From: Balanoglossus misakiensis
Taxonomy: Eukaryota; Animalia; Hemichordata
DNA: 64,000 nucleotides
Direction of reading: 5' to 3'
Assembly (NCBI GenBank): GCA_040954595.2
Contig: CM082590.2
Location: 7,316,001 to 7,380,000, forward strand
Shown here: in pieces, positions 41,001 to 51,603 of the stretch
Layout: the number at the start of each line of letters is the position of its first letter
Numbering within the stretch: position 1 is the first letter of the stretch
The notes under the pieces: generated by a model
What the model was told of the DNA's origin: nothing
Seen by the model: the letters and a program-made list of their open reading frames with translations, nothing else
The model's database searches: none
Translations under genes and position numbers: made by a program

Positions 41001-44000
41001 CTGATCAGAATTCATGGAAAAGAGTACTGGATACTTAAAACTCAATAGAGCAATGTCCCATTCACATGGCTACGTATTCCATGAGCAATACAAGCCAAGG
41101 CATCCATGGAATATTAAGTTAAAATAGGCCATGTGTATAAACCTTTACGTTTAATGCTACTTAAACCTTTAAACGCCATAGTCAACTTGTTGTCATTTTT
41201 CACAAAAATTAACCAAATTCCAAATTTTTCCTTAATTTTGATCAAGACATGCAGACAATGGAAAATTATGGCCACTTTATCCAGAATTATGAGGGAAAAT
41301 GTGTGAAAATGATAATAATGTTGCATTACATTTTGACAACAAAACATGTGGCGTTAAGGATGCCCCCATTGTAATACATGTACTAGTATGGTATATTTTT
41401 TCTGCTTGTGTCATTATTTTGTTATTCCATTTAATGTATATATATTTTATTATTTTCAAATAGTTGACTCAATGGTTTGCTGATTGGCAACCAAAATAAA
41501 ATTATAGTTTCTCACATACCCACTGTAGCAATTTTTAGTTTTGCACCTTACCTGGTAAACTGAATCTAAGACAAAGTCTTACAGTCAGTATCACAGTATA
41601 ATCTCCAAGCTGCAAAAAATTCACTGTATTTTAAATATTTTGCATTTTATCCCAATCACAAATCACCAAAACAAATACAGCTTTGTCACATGCAAAAAAG
41701 TGCAATAAGCAGCAAAAACATCGCACTCAAAATACAGCATGTTCCCGTCACGATGGAGTAACTGAAATTTTATTTGGTATGGCCTCTGAGTATACCTGGG
41801 TGTGTATCACCAGCACACTCGGCCAAGCATGTGCCGTTATGCGTTATGCGTTATTGACTTTCGTCACTTTATTTTGACGCCCACAGGGAGTACGGTTTGA
41901 CCCCGATATTCCTCAAACACTACGGCTAGAATTCGCAAAATCCAACACCAAAGTTAGCAAACCCAAACAGTCATCTCCACAGCCGCCCAACGCACAGCAA
42001 GCACTCGGACCACATCTTACACCGAGAGAACCTTGTAAGTATATACGACACACGACCCTTCACCTTGTCACCTCCCACCTTTCACCTTTGCTCAGGTCAA
42101 AGTTCATTTTTCATGTGTAAATCTCTCATTACAGGTAAGTCGTATACTGTGAAAAGGGAAATTTTCGCGAACTTTGTTCAGTTGATGTGAGTGACTTCAA
42201 GGGGACGCTAGTTACATCACAATTTCCAACAAGGGGTATGGGGTTTTATTGGGCCAGTGGCATGAGTGAGGCTATCTAGGCGTTAGTTTTGGAAGCAAAG
42301 GGGACGAAGTACGGCCAGGTACTAGACGAGTTCAGGTTGTGAACACTGCCTGTGTGTGTCTGTGTCTATGTGTGTGTTGCTGATAATTCAGTATTATTCT
42401 CAGGAGCAAGGGTTTTAGTCTAAGTAGGATTTGTACATAGCCCTGTAGAGGCACGACCAGGAGAGATCCGACAGTGGTTCACTGACAATAGTAATATGAT
42501 CAACTTTAATAGGATTTAGGATTAGAGCTTGTCGCATGTCAAAACCCATTACTAAGAGATCTTCAACTGTCAGAAATTACGGAGGACGTGCAGCTTGTAG
42601 CTGAGTAGTCCCCAAGGCTGTTGCTATGGTGACTAATCTTGTAGCAACTCGGGTTTTGGCGTTTTCTGTGACCGTAGCAGACGGGTGCACACGCTTGTAT
42701 AGCCAATAAGACTAATTGATCTAGACTGTGGCATAAGCAGAATATGATAGTTGTAGACTATGGTCACCACATCAAGGGGTCTTTCTAGATTTTATTCGGG
42801 GGGTGGGGGGTAAAAAATATTAACAGGATTCCATCTAGTTTGTAGGATATGAGAGTAAAAATCCTGCCAAAAGGAATAAACGGTAACACCAATTATTCAT
42901 TTTGGCGAGTTTTTCACTCTCGTGTCTACAAGTAGGATGGAAGTTGTGTGTGGTCAAACGTTGGTTCACTATATATCCACATGTAGAATAACATAAACAG
43001 TGTATTGTATCAAACATAATTACTGGAAAAAGGGCAGCGAGAGAGAGACTTTGTCCCTTTAAACACACTGAATTGGAATAATCATCTGCTCCAGGTACAT
43101 TTTTGTCCTGTTCAACATTTCTATCTTGCAGTTTTTACCATAATCACAAGCGAATGTACCGGTAGTAACACTTTTTTCAAGGCTGTGATTTCTTGGAAAA
43201 TATGCATCAATTTCATGGTCATCCTGAGATATCTGGCAGGTTAATTTGACAAATAAATTCAGTGTCTCACAATTTTACAAATCTTTTTCTCCTTTTCTTA
43301 TTTCCAGACGAATTAGGTGCAGCTTTTTTTCCTGGTGCTCCAGAGGCATGGGTTCATCATCCGTAAGTTCTTGACGAATTCTTCCCAAGACATTTTCATC
43401 CCCAAAATTTTTAAACTTTTTGCAAGGAATAAAAACCTGTAAAGGGACAAGATCGCTAACTTTTGACATTATTTTTTTTTTGATCGTCTATTTATGTTGT
43501 TCTACACTCATAAAGTATAAACATCTAGAGACTTACTTTGAACAGGTGTTGGCATTCTCAATATGTGCAATTCCACCACATCGATAGTGTACATATGTAA
43601 TGCTTTTATCAAAAAGAATTTCAGCCCTCTTGCTATTTTCATTTGTGCAATTATATTTAGTTTGGTGTCAGTAAGCCCTTAGTCACAGCTTAAGTTAAAA
43701 GCCCACATATAGTACTTATTTAAACACATCTACCGTAAGATTAACATAATTTAACATATACACAATGCACACACAACATGTAACATAACATAGCTTATAA
43801 CATACAATAGCATAACTTAACATTACATACATAACGTAACGATGTAATGTAATGTAACATAACATCATGCAACATAATGTAACATGACATAGCAAAGCAT
43901 AACATAACATATATAACATACCGTAACATAATGTAATATAACATGACATGGAATGACATGACATAATGTAACATAACATCATGTAACATGACATAGCATA

Positions 44001-47000
44001 CCAAAACATACAATATCATAACTTAACATAACAACATAACGTAACATGACATAATGTAACACAACATTAAAGATGTTCTTGTTTCTCGTCTTGTCTATTT
44101 CAGACTAGCAGCGTATGCAGACTTGGGTCCCGCTTTACACCATCCAGCCTTCACCCACCCAGCATTGCATACACAGGTACAAGGCGATGTCCCCAAGATA
44201 ACGTATGTGGTGGTATGTCTGTCAATTGGACCCGATTGTGCACCGACCGTTTTTTTTTTTATGAAATGCGCTAAAAATCACAACCAGGGCCCTGGTCACT
44301 CGTAGAGAGAGAGAGAGAGAAACAAAGAATTTAAAAAAAAATCTAAAAAATTTCACTTAACTCAAACTGCATGTACGGTATCGCCATGGTAACCTGCTGT
44401 TGTACGACAAAGTGAAGATATTCCAGATTGCCATGGATACCGTTTGCATTCACATTGCCCGCACTTTGGCACTTTTTGGGAGCACCTGCGAATCGGACAG
44501 AAACTTTGTATTTTCTGTGATAGCTGGTAGTTTGTGTTTTTAGAACTCAGGGCCCTGTATTCAACTTTGGCGAGAAAGAATCAACCATTCTGCACTCGGT
44601 GGGGGTAGCACCTCATTCCATCTTACGTAGAGCCACACACCCCCGTGGGACAAGTGCACAGATGTACCAATCACCATACTTCACTGTCACACCTGGAACA
44701 AACCATTCACTAGTAGGGGGGGAGTCGGCGTAGATGTAGTGGTGGAGGAGGTGGTGGGACATACCGGTATGCACCCCAAAAACACCCCTGTTTTAGTGAA
44801 TGGTGTGTTCCAACTCGCAATACAGTGGAAGTTTTGATTGTTTTAACAGGAGTGGTAGGGTTTGAATACCTGTGAAAATGAAATTGAAAGGTTTCACTGT
44901 CAGGAATGTTCATCATGACTATTACCAAAATTCAAAATTGTTGTCCAATCACAAAAATTATCTAACGTCACACAAAAATTGACTAGTCATGATGGAAAAT
45001 AAGAAACCTTTTAAGTTCATCGCATTACAGGTGTAAAATCCCTGTCCCTCCATTTACTGAAGGTAACTTGCATCACTTTCATTACTCTTACAACTGTTCC
45101 GATTGGCTTACAAATGATATGTTGAATAGCAAATTGCAGAAAATACCCAATCAGGACAAAGGTTGCAAATTGCCGCAAGTTAGTTCACTCTCAATCGTAC
45201 CACTGTTCCAATTGACTTACAAAAATACCCAATCAGGACAAAGATTACAAATTGGTGCAAGTTTGATCACATTCATTGCTCGTACAACCATTCCAATTGG
45301 CTTAAAACCATATGCTAATCAGCTAATCACAGATAAGACCCAATCGGGACAAAGATTACAAATTGGTGCAAGTTGCCGCCTTCATTTTCAGATCCTTACT
45401 GTAGACACATATTTTTTTCTTTCTTTCTTTCTTTCTTTCTTTCTTTCCTCTGTCTGCTACGCCTCAGCCTTCGCCCTCCTCCCATTACTTTCCATCCAGT
45501 AAATTCCAGTGACCCCTCCAGACTGGCGGCCAGCGTCCTGAGATAAAACTTCTTCAGGTACTTCAAGTTTCGATCGGAAGAAACCATTTCTGCATATATT
45601 TTTCTTTCCACCTGTAATTGTACAGTTCCTGCACTGAGTTGACACATGCCAGCACTTAATTGGTTTTTAATTTTAGCCCCTCCCCCCTCCCCCCCTCCCC
45701 CGTGAAAAATGAAATGACTGTTATCAAAGAAACCTTCTTTACAAAGCGAGCTCCATCGCAGGTTATGTTAATCCTTCAAATTTTTCTTATAAAACTTTAA
45801 ATTACCCAAATGAAACTTTGATGGAAGTTGTAACCAGATCTAATATGGAAGAAGACAATGCAAAATACAATTTGTGTATTAATAGATATACACACACTAT
45901 AGGAACTACAAATTGACTTTCCCCTCAGAACATTCAAAATTGCTTGAAACCCCTCTTTTTCACATACCTCAGTCAGAAGAAATTAAATTCAGTGGTCGGA
46001 TAAAAGTAAATTGTTACTATGCTTGAGATTTAACTTAATGAATTTATATTTCTTGCCCATAGTGAAACAGGTGGAGGAAAAGCTGATCGTTTTTACTCAT
46101 CATGAAAATTTAAAGCCCCATATTTATTTTCTTTAAATCTCATGTCTTTATGCAAATTTAATAACAGTTGACACCTTAGGATGGCAATAGAAATACAACC
46201 AGTATACAGAAATGGGCAAAGAGTGAAGTGTAAGAAACAAAAAACATTTTCTATGTGGTCATTTATGCAAATAGAGTGACCACTCACCCCTTACCTGAAA
46301 TCAGGTATAGCAACAAAACCCCAAAATTTGACACCAAGTCGTAGAAACAAAGACTTTTTTCAGGGTATCTTTATGCAAATTGAGTGACAACTGACCCCCT
46401 AGCATGGGATAAAATAAGGCATGTGGAACTAACTGTGTTAAAACTAAAAAAAAAATAGTGATGGCCAATGGAAAATGTTAAATAATAGCATTATCACTTC
46501 ATAGGCACCTAGAACGCATCACAAGTCACTGATTTTAAGTTTGCGAGCCGACAATACTACTGCCAAGACAAGCACGGGAGGTGTAAACATAAAAAAGCAA
46601 TCGTATATCCATCAGTTGGTGCACTCATTATATTCTTCTTTGTTTAACTGTTCTATATCCTCTTATTTTGTAGGCGCTGCTATTTTTCGTTTATTTTCTG
46701 TCTTTGTTTTCTTTTGTAAAAAAGCGGGCTGATGCGATAAATTAATTTGACCACTTTGTGTTTTTTTTAAATTATTTGAAGACACGTACTGTATCACTTT
46801 ATGCACACAGGAGTCGCAGACAATGACGTGAAAAAAAGCATGCAGTGATATTACAAAAAATTCCTATAGGATAACTATAGGGCATAGGAATAGGACTCTT
46901 ATAAGATTTTGGAACATATCCTATAGGGATGCTATATAAACTCTATAGGAGAGGTCATATCCTATTGGGCACCCCACACAAGACTATAGGACATATGCCA

Positions 47001-49577
47001 TCATATAGGATTACTACAGGCTTTAATCCTGTGGTATATAAGATTACTACAGGCTAATAATCCTGTAGTAATCCTATATAATGATATATAGGATTACCTG
47101 TATTAATCTTTTATGTTGGCATATGTCGTTGTATAGGATTACTACAGGACAGTAATCCTGTAGCAATCTTTTATGTTAATATATGCCATCATATAGGATT
47201 ACTACAGGGTGTTAATCCTGTATTAATCTTTTATGTTGATATATGCCATGGTATAAGATTACTACAGGCTAATAATCCTGTGGTAATCCTATATAATGAT
47301 ATATTGGATTACTACAGGCTGATAATCCTGTAGTAATCCTATATAATGGTATATGACCTGCTCTCGTATAGAATTTGTATAGCATTTCTATAGGATGTGT
47401 TCCAAAATCTGATAAGACTCCTATTGTGTTGTACAGGGAATCCTACTGGAATTCGTTGTAAGTATACTTGAGTTAACCGAAGGAACCGTTCTCTGTTTGT
47501 GCCCACAGCCACACCCCGCCCACCCAGCAATTGCATCCCCTCACCCCCATGCACCCTTACCACAGCCGCCTCTACCAACCAGCGTTGCGAGTGCAATGGC
47601 AGCAGTGACTGGAGGCCACGCCCCCTGCTCCACCCTCTTTGTGGCCAACCTGGGGACCCACACAACCGAGCAGGAGCTTAGGGAGCTTTTCGCCGGGTGA
47701 GTTGTCTCCATTCGGTAGCAAAAAAAAACTTGTCTGGGTATAGTAAAAATACGTTCTGATTTGTGTTTTTCGATTGTGTTATTTAAAAATTATGTTGCAA
47801 AAAATGGCACACATAACCGAGCAGGAACTTAGGGAGCTTTTCGCCGGGTGAGTTGTCTCCATTCGGTAGCAAAAAATGAAACCTGTCTGGATATTGTAAT
47901 AATACATTCTGATTGGTGTTTTTCGATTCTGTCATTGAAAAAAAAATTATATCGCAAAAAATGGCAAAATGAAACAATTGTCCAAATGTAGTAAGAGGTT
48001 TTTGGGGTTTTCTCAATTGGGTAGCAAAATATTTTCACTTTCTGAAAAACAAAAGAAAATTTGCAAAAAATGTTCGCTTTCCAAGAAGAAATGTTGAAAT
48101 ATGGAAACGGTTTTGACCAAACCGTAAAATAGTGTTCAAGGGTACTGGTTATTAATTTGCATATTTCTTTGGCAGGTTGCCAGGATTCAGTAGATTACGA
48201 TTTCACAACAAGGGTGGAGCCCCCTGCTGCTTTGTAGAATTTCAGGTAAGTTAAAGGACCTCTAAGTTACATATGCCCATATATGGTTAACAGGGCATTG
48301 GAATAACCATGTGGTGGCACACTTTTTTCGCATGGCCACCTAGTGAAAATCTTTGATTGGCTGTGGGTAAATTTGCATATATGACTATATGTTTAATTTC
48401 AGAAATATGTGCCTGTTATTGCATGCAATAATCGGTCTCTACTGTTTATTCATTTTGGCGAGATTTTTACTCTAATATCCTACAAATGGGATGGAAGTTG
48501 TGTGTGGTTGAACGTTGATTCACTATATATCCACATGTAGAATAACATTAACGATGTCTTGTATCAAACATAATGGAAAAAGGGCAGCGTGAGAGAGACT
48601 TTGTCCCATTATTTATTAGATCTCTCACATCCTAAACAATGAAATTCTAAGATGTTATTTTTTCTATTCTACAGAGCATTGTATTCGCAAACCAAGCACT
48701 CAACCAACTACAGGGCTATGTCATGTTGTCAAGTGACCGGGGAGGGCTACGAATAGAATTTGCCAGGAATAAAATGGGGGATGTAAGTACTATATACCCT
48801 TTTAACCCTTTCCCCCCTGTTTCCCGGTATAGTGGTCCAACTTTACCACGCAAAACTAGGGATTTAGGCCAAACCATTGTGGTGAAATTGTTAAACAAAC
48901 CATACTGGCTCAAACTTGCTCAAGGATTCAAATTTTTTTCATATTTGCCCCAGTTTCAAATACTCTACGTGCATGACTCTAATTTTGTGATTCTATTATT
49001 TATAGGATTGTCGATAGTTTGGTAGTTCCATAAAATCAAAATTGTGTGATCTGACATGTCATTATTAGTTGCAACAAACTTGTTCTTAGCAGACACACAA
49101 TATACTATAATTACTTGGGGATAGTTGTCTAAATGCCTTTTATAGGTACAACCATTAAAGCCTCTAGACATGCCACTTTTTGCATTATTTTCATGATTTT
49201 ATTTTCCAACTAAGATTGGTACATAGAAATAAGCTTCCTGATAGGTATACATGAACACCTTGTCGATGCCCGATTGTGACTGCATGTTGCAATTCGAACA
49301 CGCTATGTATTAAACTGGTGCCACACCAATTTAATCAGCCTCCATACAAACAGTACACAACTATTGTGGTATGCGTCGCCAAGAGATGACAAACTGATGC
49401 AAATACAAGTAATATGGCTTAATGGTGAGGATTTCAGAGGATAGGGAATATATTTGAAGTAATTTATTTTGGAAAAAAAATATGTGAAATGGGCTTTAAA
49501 CTATTTTTTATTCCTTTTTTTTATTTCAGACACAAAATAGACTTGACAACAATACACTGACTGCAGTTGCTCACTAG
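31928..49577 (+). CDS. RBPMS: RBPMS/couch potato/MEC-8 family RNA-binding protein with two RRMs, 5'-partial; join(31928..32005,35737..35790,39155..39217,41887..42034,43308..43362,44104..44176,47509..47696,48176..48245,48675..48782,49530..49577)
   Basis: Manual splicing gives 294 aa + stop with GT-AG introns and consistent phases. RRM1 reads [51 protein letters not shown]...[22 protein letters not shown], the family signature. RRM2 reads [10 protein letters not shown]...CFVEF...[16 protein letters not shown]. Confidence 0.93.
32731..32997. mobile_element. Family A MITE, left-truncated
   Basis: Ends TTTGTCCCT|TTAA. Confidence 0.8.
34861..35200. mobile_element. Family A MITE, near-full copy in RBPMS intron
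   Basis: Same sequence as other copies; right tip trimmed. Confidence 0.85.
35737..35790 (+). CDS. RBPMS: RBPMS-like exon: [18 protein letters not shown]
   Basis: taccag acceptor, gtaagt donor, 54 nt. Confidence 0.95.
36269..36478. mobile_element. Family F MITE (about 210 bp, piggyBac-like)
   Basis: TTAA|CCCTTT...AAAGGG|TTAA; related diverged copies at about 9600-9790 (reverse), 13537-13740 and 41165-41355. Confidence 0.72.
37422..37591. mobile_element. Family A MITE, right half
   Basis: Ends CTTTGTCCCT|TTAA. Confidence 0.8.
39155..39217 (+). CDS. RBPMS: RBPMS-like exon: [21 protein letters not shown] (RRM1 RNP1)
   Basis: Pyrimidine tract + ctacag acceptor, CAG/gtaagc donor, 63 nt. Confidence 0.95.
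39377..39581. mobile_element. Family G MITE (PIF/Harbinger Tourist-like)
   Basis: TAA|GGGGAGAACCATTTGATTTC...GAAATCAAATGGTTCTCCCC|TAA; related copies at about 24506-24712 and 59920-60137. Confidence 0.75.
41887..42034 (+). CDS. RBPMS: RBPMS-like exon: [49 protein letters not shown]
   Basis: ccacag acceptor, gtaagt donor, 148 nt, phase 0-1; family motif LRLEFAK-NTK. Confidence 0.95.
42838..43058. mobile_element. Family A MITE, partial
   Basis: Ends CTTTGTCCCT|TTAA. Confidence 0.8.
43308..43362 (+). CDS. RBPMS: RBPMS-like exon: [19 protein letters not shown]
   Basis: Long pyrimidine tract + ttccag, gtaagt donor, phase 1-2; resembles the RBPMS YEL...PE.W segment. Confidence 0.9.
43742..44067. 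repeat. Degenerate (ACATA/ACATG)n pentamer microsatellite
   Basis: Direct reading. Confidence 0.9.
44104..44176 (+). CDS. RBPMS: RBPMS-like exon: [24 protein letters not shown]
   Basis: tttcag acceptor, CAG/gtacaa donor, phase 2-0; resembles vertebrate AFTYP...LHAQ. Confidence 0.85.
45140..45375. repeat. Three spaced copies of ACCCAATCAGGACAAAGATTACAAATTGGTGCAAGTT
   Basis: At about 45145, 45227 and 45338. Confidence 0.7.
46851..47461. mobile_element. Foldback-like element: about 110-bp imperfect terminal inverted repeats around an array of GGATTACTACAGG/CCTGTAGTAATCC units
   Basis: AGATTTTGGAACATATCCTATAG at about 46904 vs its reverse complement CTATAGGATGTGTTCCAAAATCT at about 47388. Confidence 0.65.
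47509..47696 (+). CDS. RBPMS: RBPMS-like exon: Pro/His-rich linker + start of RRM2 ([24 protein letters not shown])
   Basis: ccacag acceptor, gtgagt donor, 188 nt, phase 0-2; RNP2 motif LFVANL. Confidence 0.9.
47659..47966 (+). repeat. 151-bp tandem duplication spanning an exon 3' end and its splice donor
   Basis: AACCGAGCAGGA(G/A)CTTAGGGAGCTTTTCGCCGG/GTGAGTTGTCTCCATTCGGTAGC occurs twice; GT at 47697 and 47848. Confidence 0.9.
48176..48245 (+). CDS. RBPMS: RBPMS-like exon: [24 protein letters not shown] (RRM2 RNP1)
   Basis: ggcag acceptor, CAG/gtaagt donor, 70 nt, phase 2-0. Confidence 0.92.
48428..48607. mobile_element. Family A MITE, right half
   Basis: Family A arm ending GAGAGACTTTGTCCC. 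Confidence 0.8.
48675..48782 (+). CDS. RBPMS: RBPMS-like exon: [36 protein letters not shown]
   Basis: ctacag acceptor, gtaagt donor, 108 nt. Confidence 0.92.
49159..49495. mobile_element. Family I TTAA-target MITE (Kolobok-like)
   Basis: TTAA|AGCC...GGCT|TTAA; related copies at about 6725-6866 and 23900-24186 (reverse). Confidence 0.7.
49530..49577 (+). CDS. RBPMS: RBPMS-like terminal coding exon: [15 protein letters not shown]
   Basis: Strong T-tract + tttcag acceptor, phase 0, TAG at 49575-49577, followed by long AU-rich UTR-like sequence. Confidence 0.75.
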   Translation, partial: TQNRLDNNTLTAVAH

Positions 49578-50758
49578 GCACCATTGCACAAATATAAAAT
49601 GGACAGTAAAATTACCAAAACCTTGATTTGATTCAAAAACAATTACAATTCAGGACATTACCGCCAGTGACAGCTGGGCTAACCTTTGACCTCTGACCTT
49701 TACCATGGGAACGGGCTTCATATATGTGTGGAAGGTCATTCCGTTATACAGTGTGGTCAAATTATGGATGTGATGGTTTTTTACAGCCGAACACCAAGAA
49801 ACCACAGCAGAATTTAGGAAACGATTTTTCTACTCGATCTTCAGAAATTAGTCTCTTTTTCAAGGAGAACAATAAAATAAAACAGACTTTGCATCCTTCA
49901 GTTTTAAAACGAACACCCCTTCCACTCCATTTTTCTAGTCAAATGGTCTAAAATATTGCTGTCTTTGGGTGGGACAGTCAATGTTACCGTGAAAAATAGG
50001 GGTGGAAGCTGTTCAAAATAATTATATTGCTGATCATGGCTGAAGATGACTTTGTTAGGTGCAAGAAAAGAGAATTGAGTTTTTTTATTTATTTTTAAGC
50101 CATAATGTAGCTTAACGTTAAAATGTTTGTTTTTTGGGGTGATGCGTGCTATGTTTTGTTTTGTATTGAAAAATTGTTTTTTTACCTGTTATGTACTATA
50201 TACATGAATGAGTACAGGTTTTATGAAAATTGTAATAGTTGGCAATGAAATCCAAAGTGAAATTTATGTTTTGTTTATTTTTTGTTTTGAAAGAATTGCA
50301 TATTTTTTGTTTAGTTAGAACTAGTGCTCTGATATTGGTGACATGGAAGAAACGGTTGCTGATTGGTTGGTTATGTGGCTGTGCATTGATGTTCAGTCTG
50401 ATTCAACCAATGAGAGTTCTCCTTCTTGAGTTGCTACCAAATACACAGGAGCAAGGCATGTAGATAGAGTATTAGTTGTCCTTGGTCACAAGAAACAAGC
50501 CACCCCATTGGTCCAGAATGTTACAGTCTGACAGATGTGCATTTGGATCGTTTAATTGTAACTCAGGGGTGGCAGCTAGGCTGATTTCAAGGGACCAAGT
50601 TGGTTAAACAGTCATTTTGGTCACAAATCGAGTAAAACTTGAATTTTTACATAATACAAATAGTTTATCAGATAAATAAATTGACCATGGGCAACACAGC
50701 AACACAATATGAATTACATTGTGTTTAACCATGACAGACTATTTACGAAAAGTAATTA

Positions 50759-51603
50759 CAGTAGAACGTCGATTATCCGAACAGCTAGGGGGACAGGCTT
50801 TTGGTTCGGTTATGCGATCGGTTCGGATACGCAAACTTAGGGGGGCGGGGTCACATCTGACATATAACACGCATACATAAACCCGTCCATAGTAGACAAG
50901 ACACATCGTTTTCCATTCTATTTTTATTTCTAAGTAAATTTGGATGGTTTCAAATACTGCACAAAGTAAAATTATGAGAAAGTAAAAAATAAATAAAAGA
51001 ATGACGACGTGAGGTCGAGCATGTGACGCTCGCTTCATGACATAGCCATGATGGCATGGACAGTAATGGCGGAAGCAATGCGATGTCGGTCGGTTCGATG
51101 TTTCTCGGCAGATCACTACTGGAATTACAAATGGTGAAATTTCCCAAAACCCAAGGGTTTTTAAACACTTCTACCGAACTAGTTAACACTTTCAAGTTTT
51201 GCCAAAATGCCGCGAACGTTTAATGAAGAAGCCGACCATCGGTCGCAACCTTTTAGCAAGGCTGGCAAAGCTTTGCGGCTGACGAACCGTGCCATTGTCG
51301 AGCTGTTTATTTTCACACCTCTTGCGATTGCATCCAAATGATTCATACCCGGGGATACAAAACATTAACACTTTAAGAATTAAAACAAAAGGCTAATGGG
51401 CGGTAAGGTTGTTTAAAGAAATAACTTTTTAAAAGAGGAAAGTGCTGTATGATGCCTTCCTTTGACAGCGAGGGCCGTGAATATCAAACAATGATTAAGC
51501 AAGGTATACGCCTAGTACAGGTAGACTTTTCGGGGGACACAGAGTGAGTTCGGATGACCGAACAATTCGGATAATCGACGTGCGGATAATCGACGTTCTA
51601 CTG
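50759..51603. mobile_element. 845-bp non-autonomous pogo/Tigger-like transposon
   Basis: Perfect 21-bp TIR CAGTAGAACGTCGATTATCCG, TA target duplication, CpG-rich interior, no transposase ORF recognised. Confidence 0.82.
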
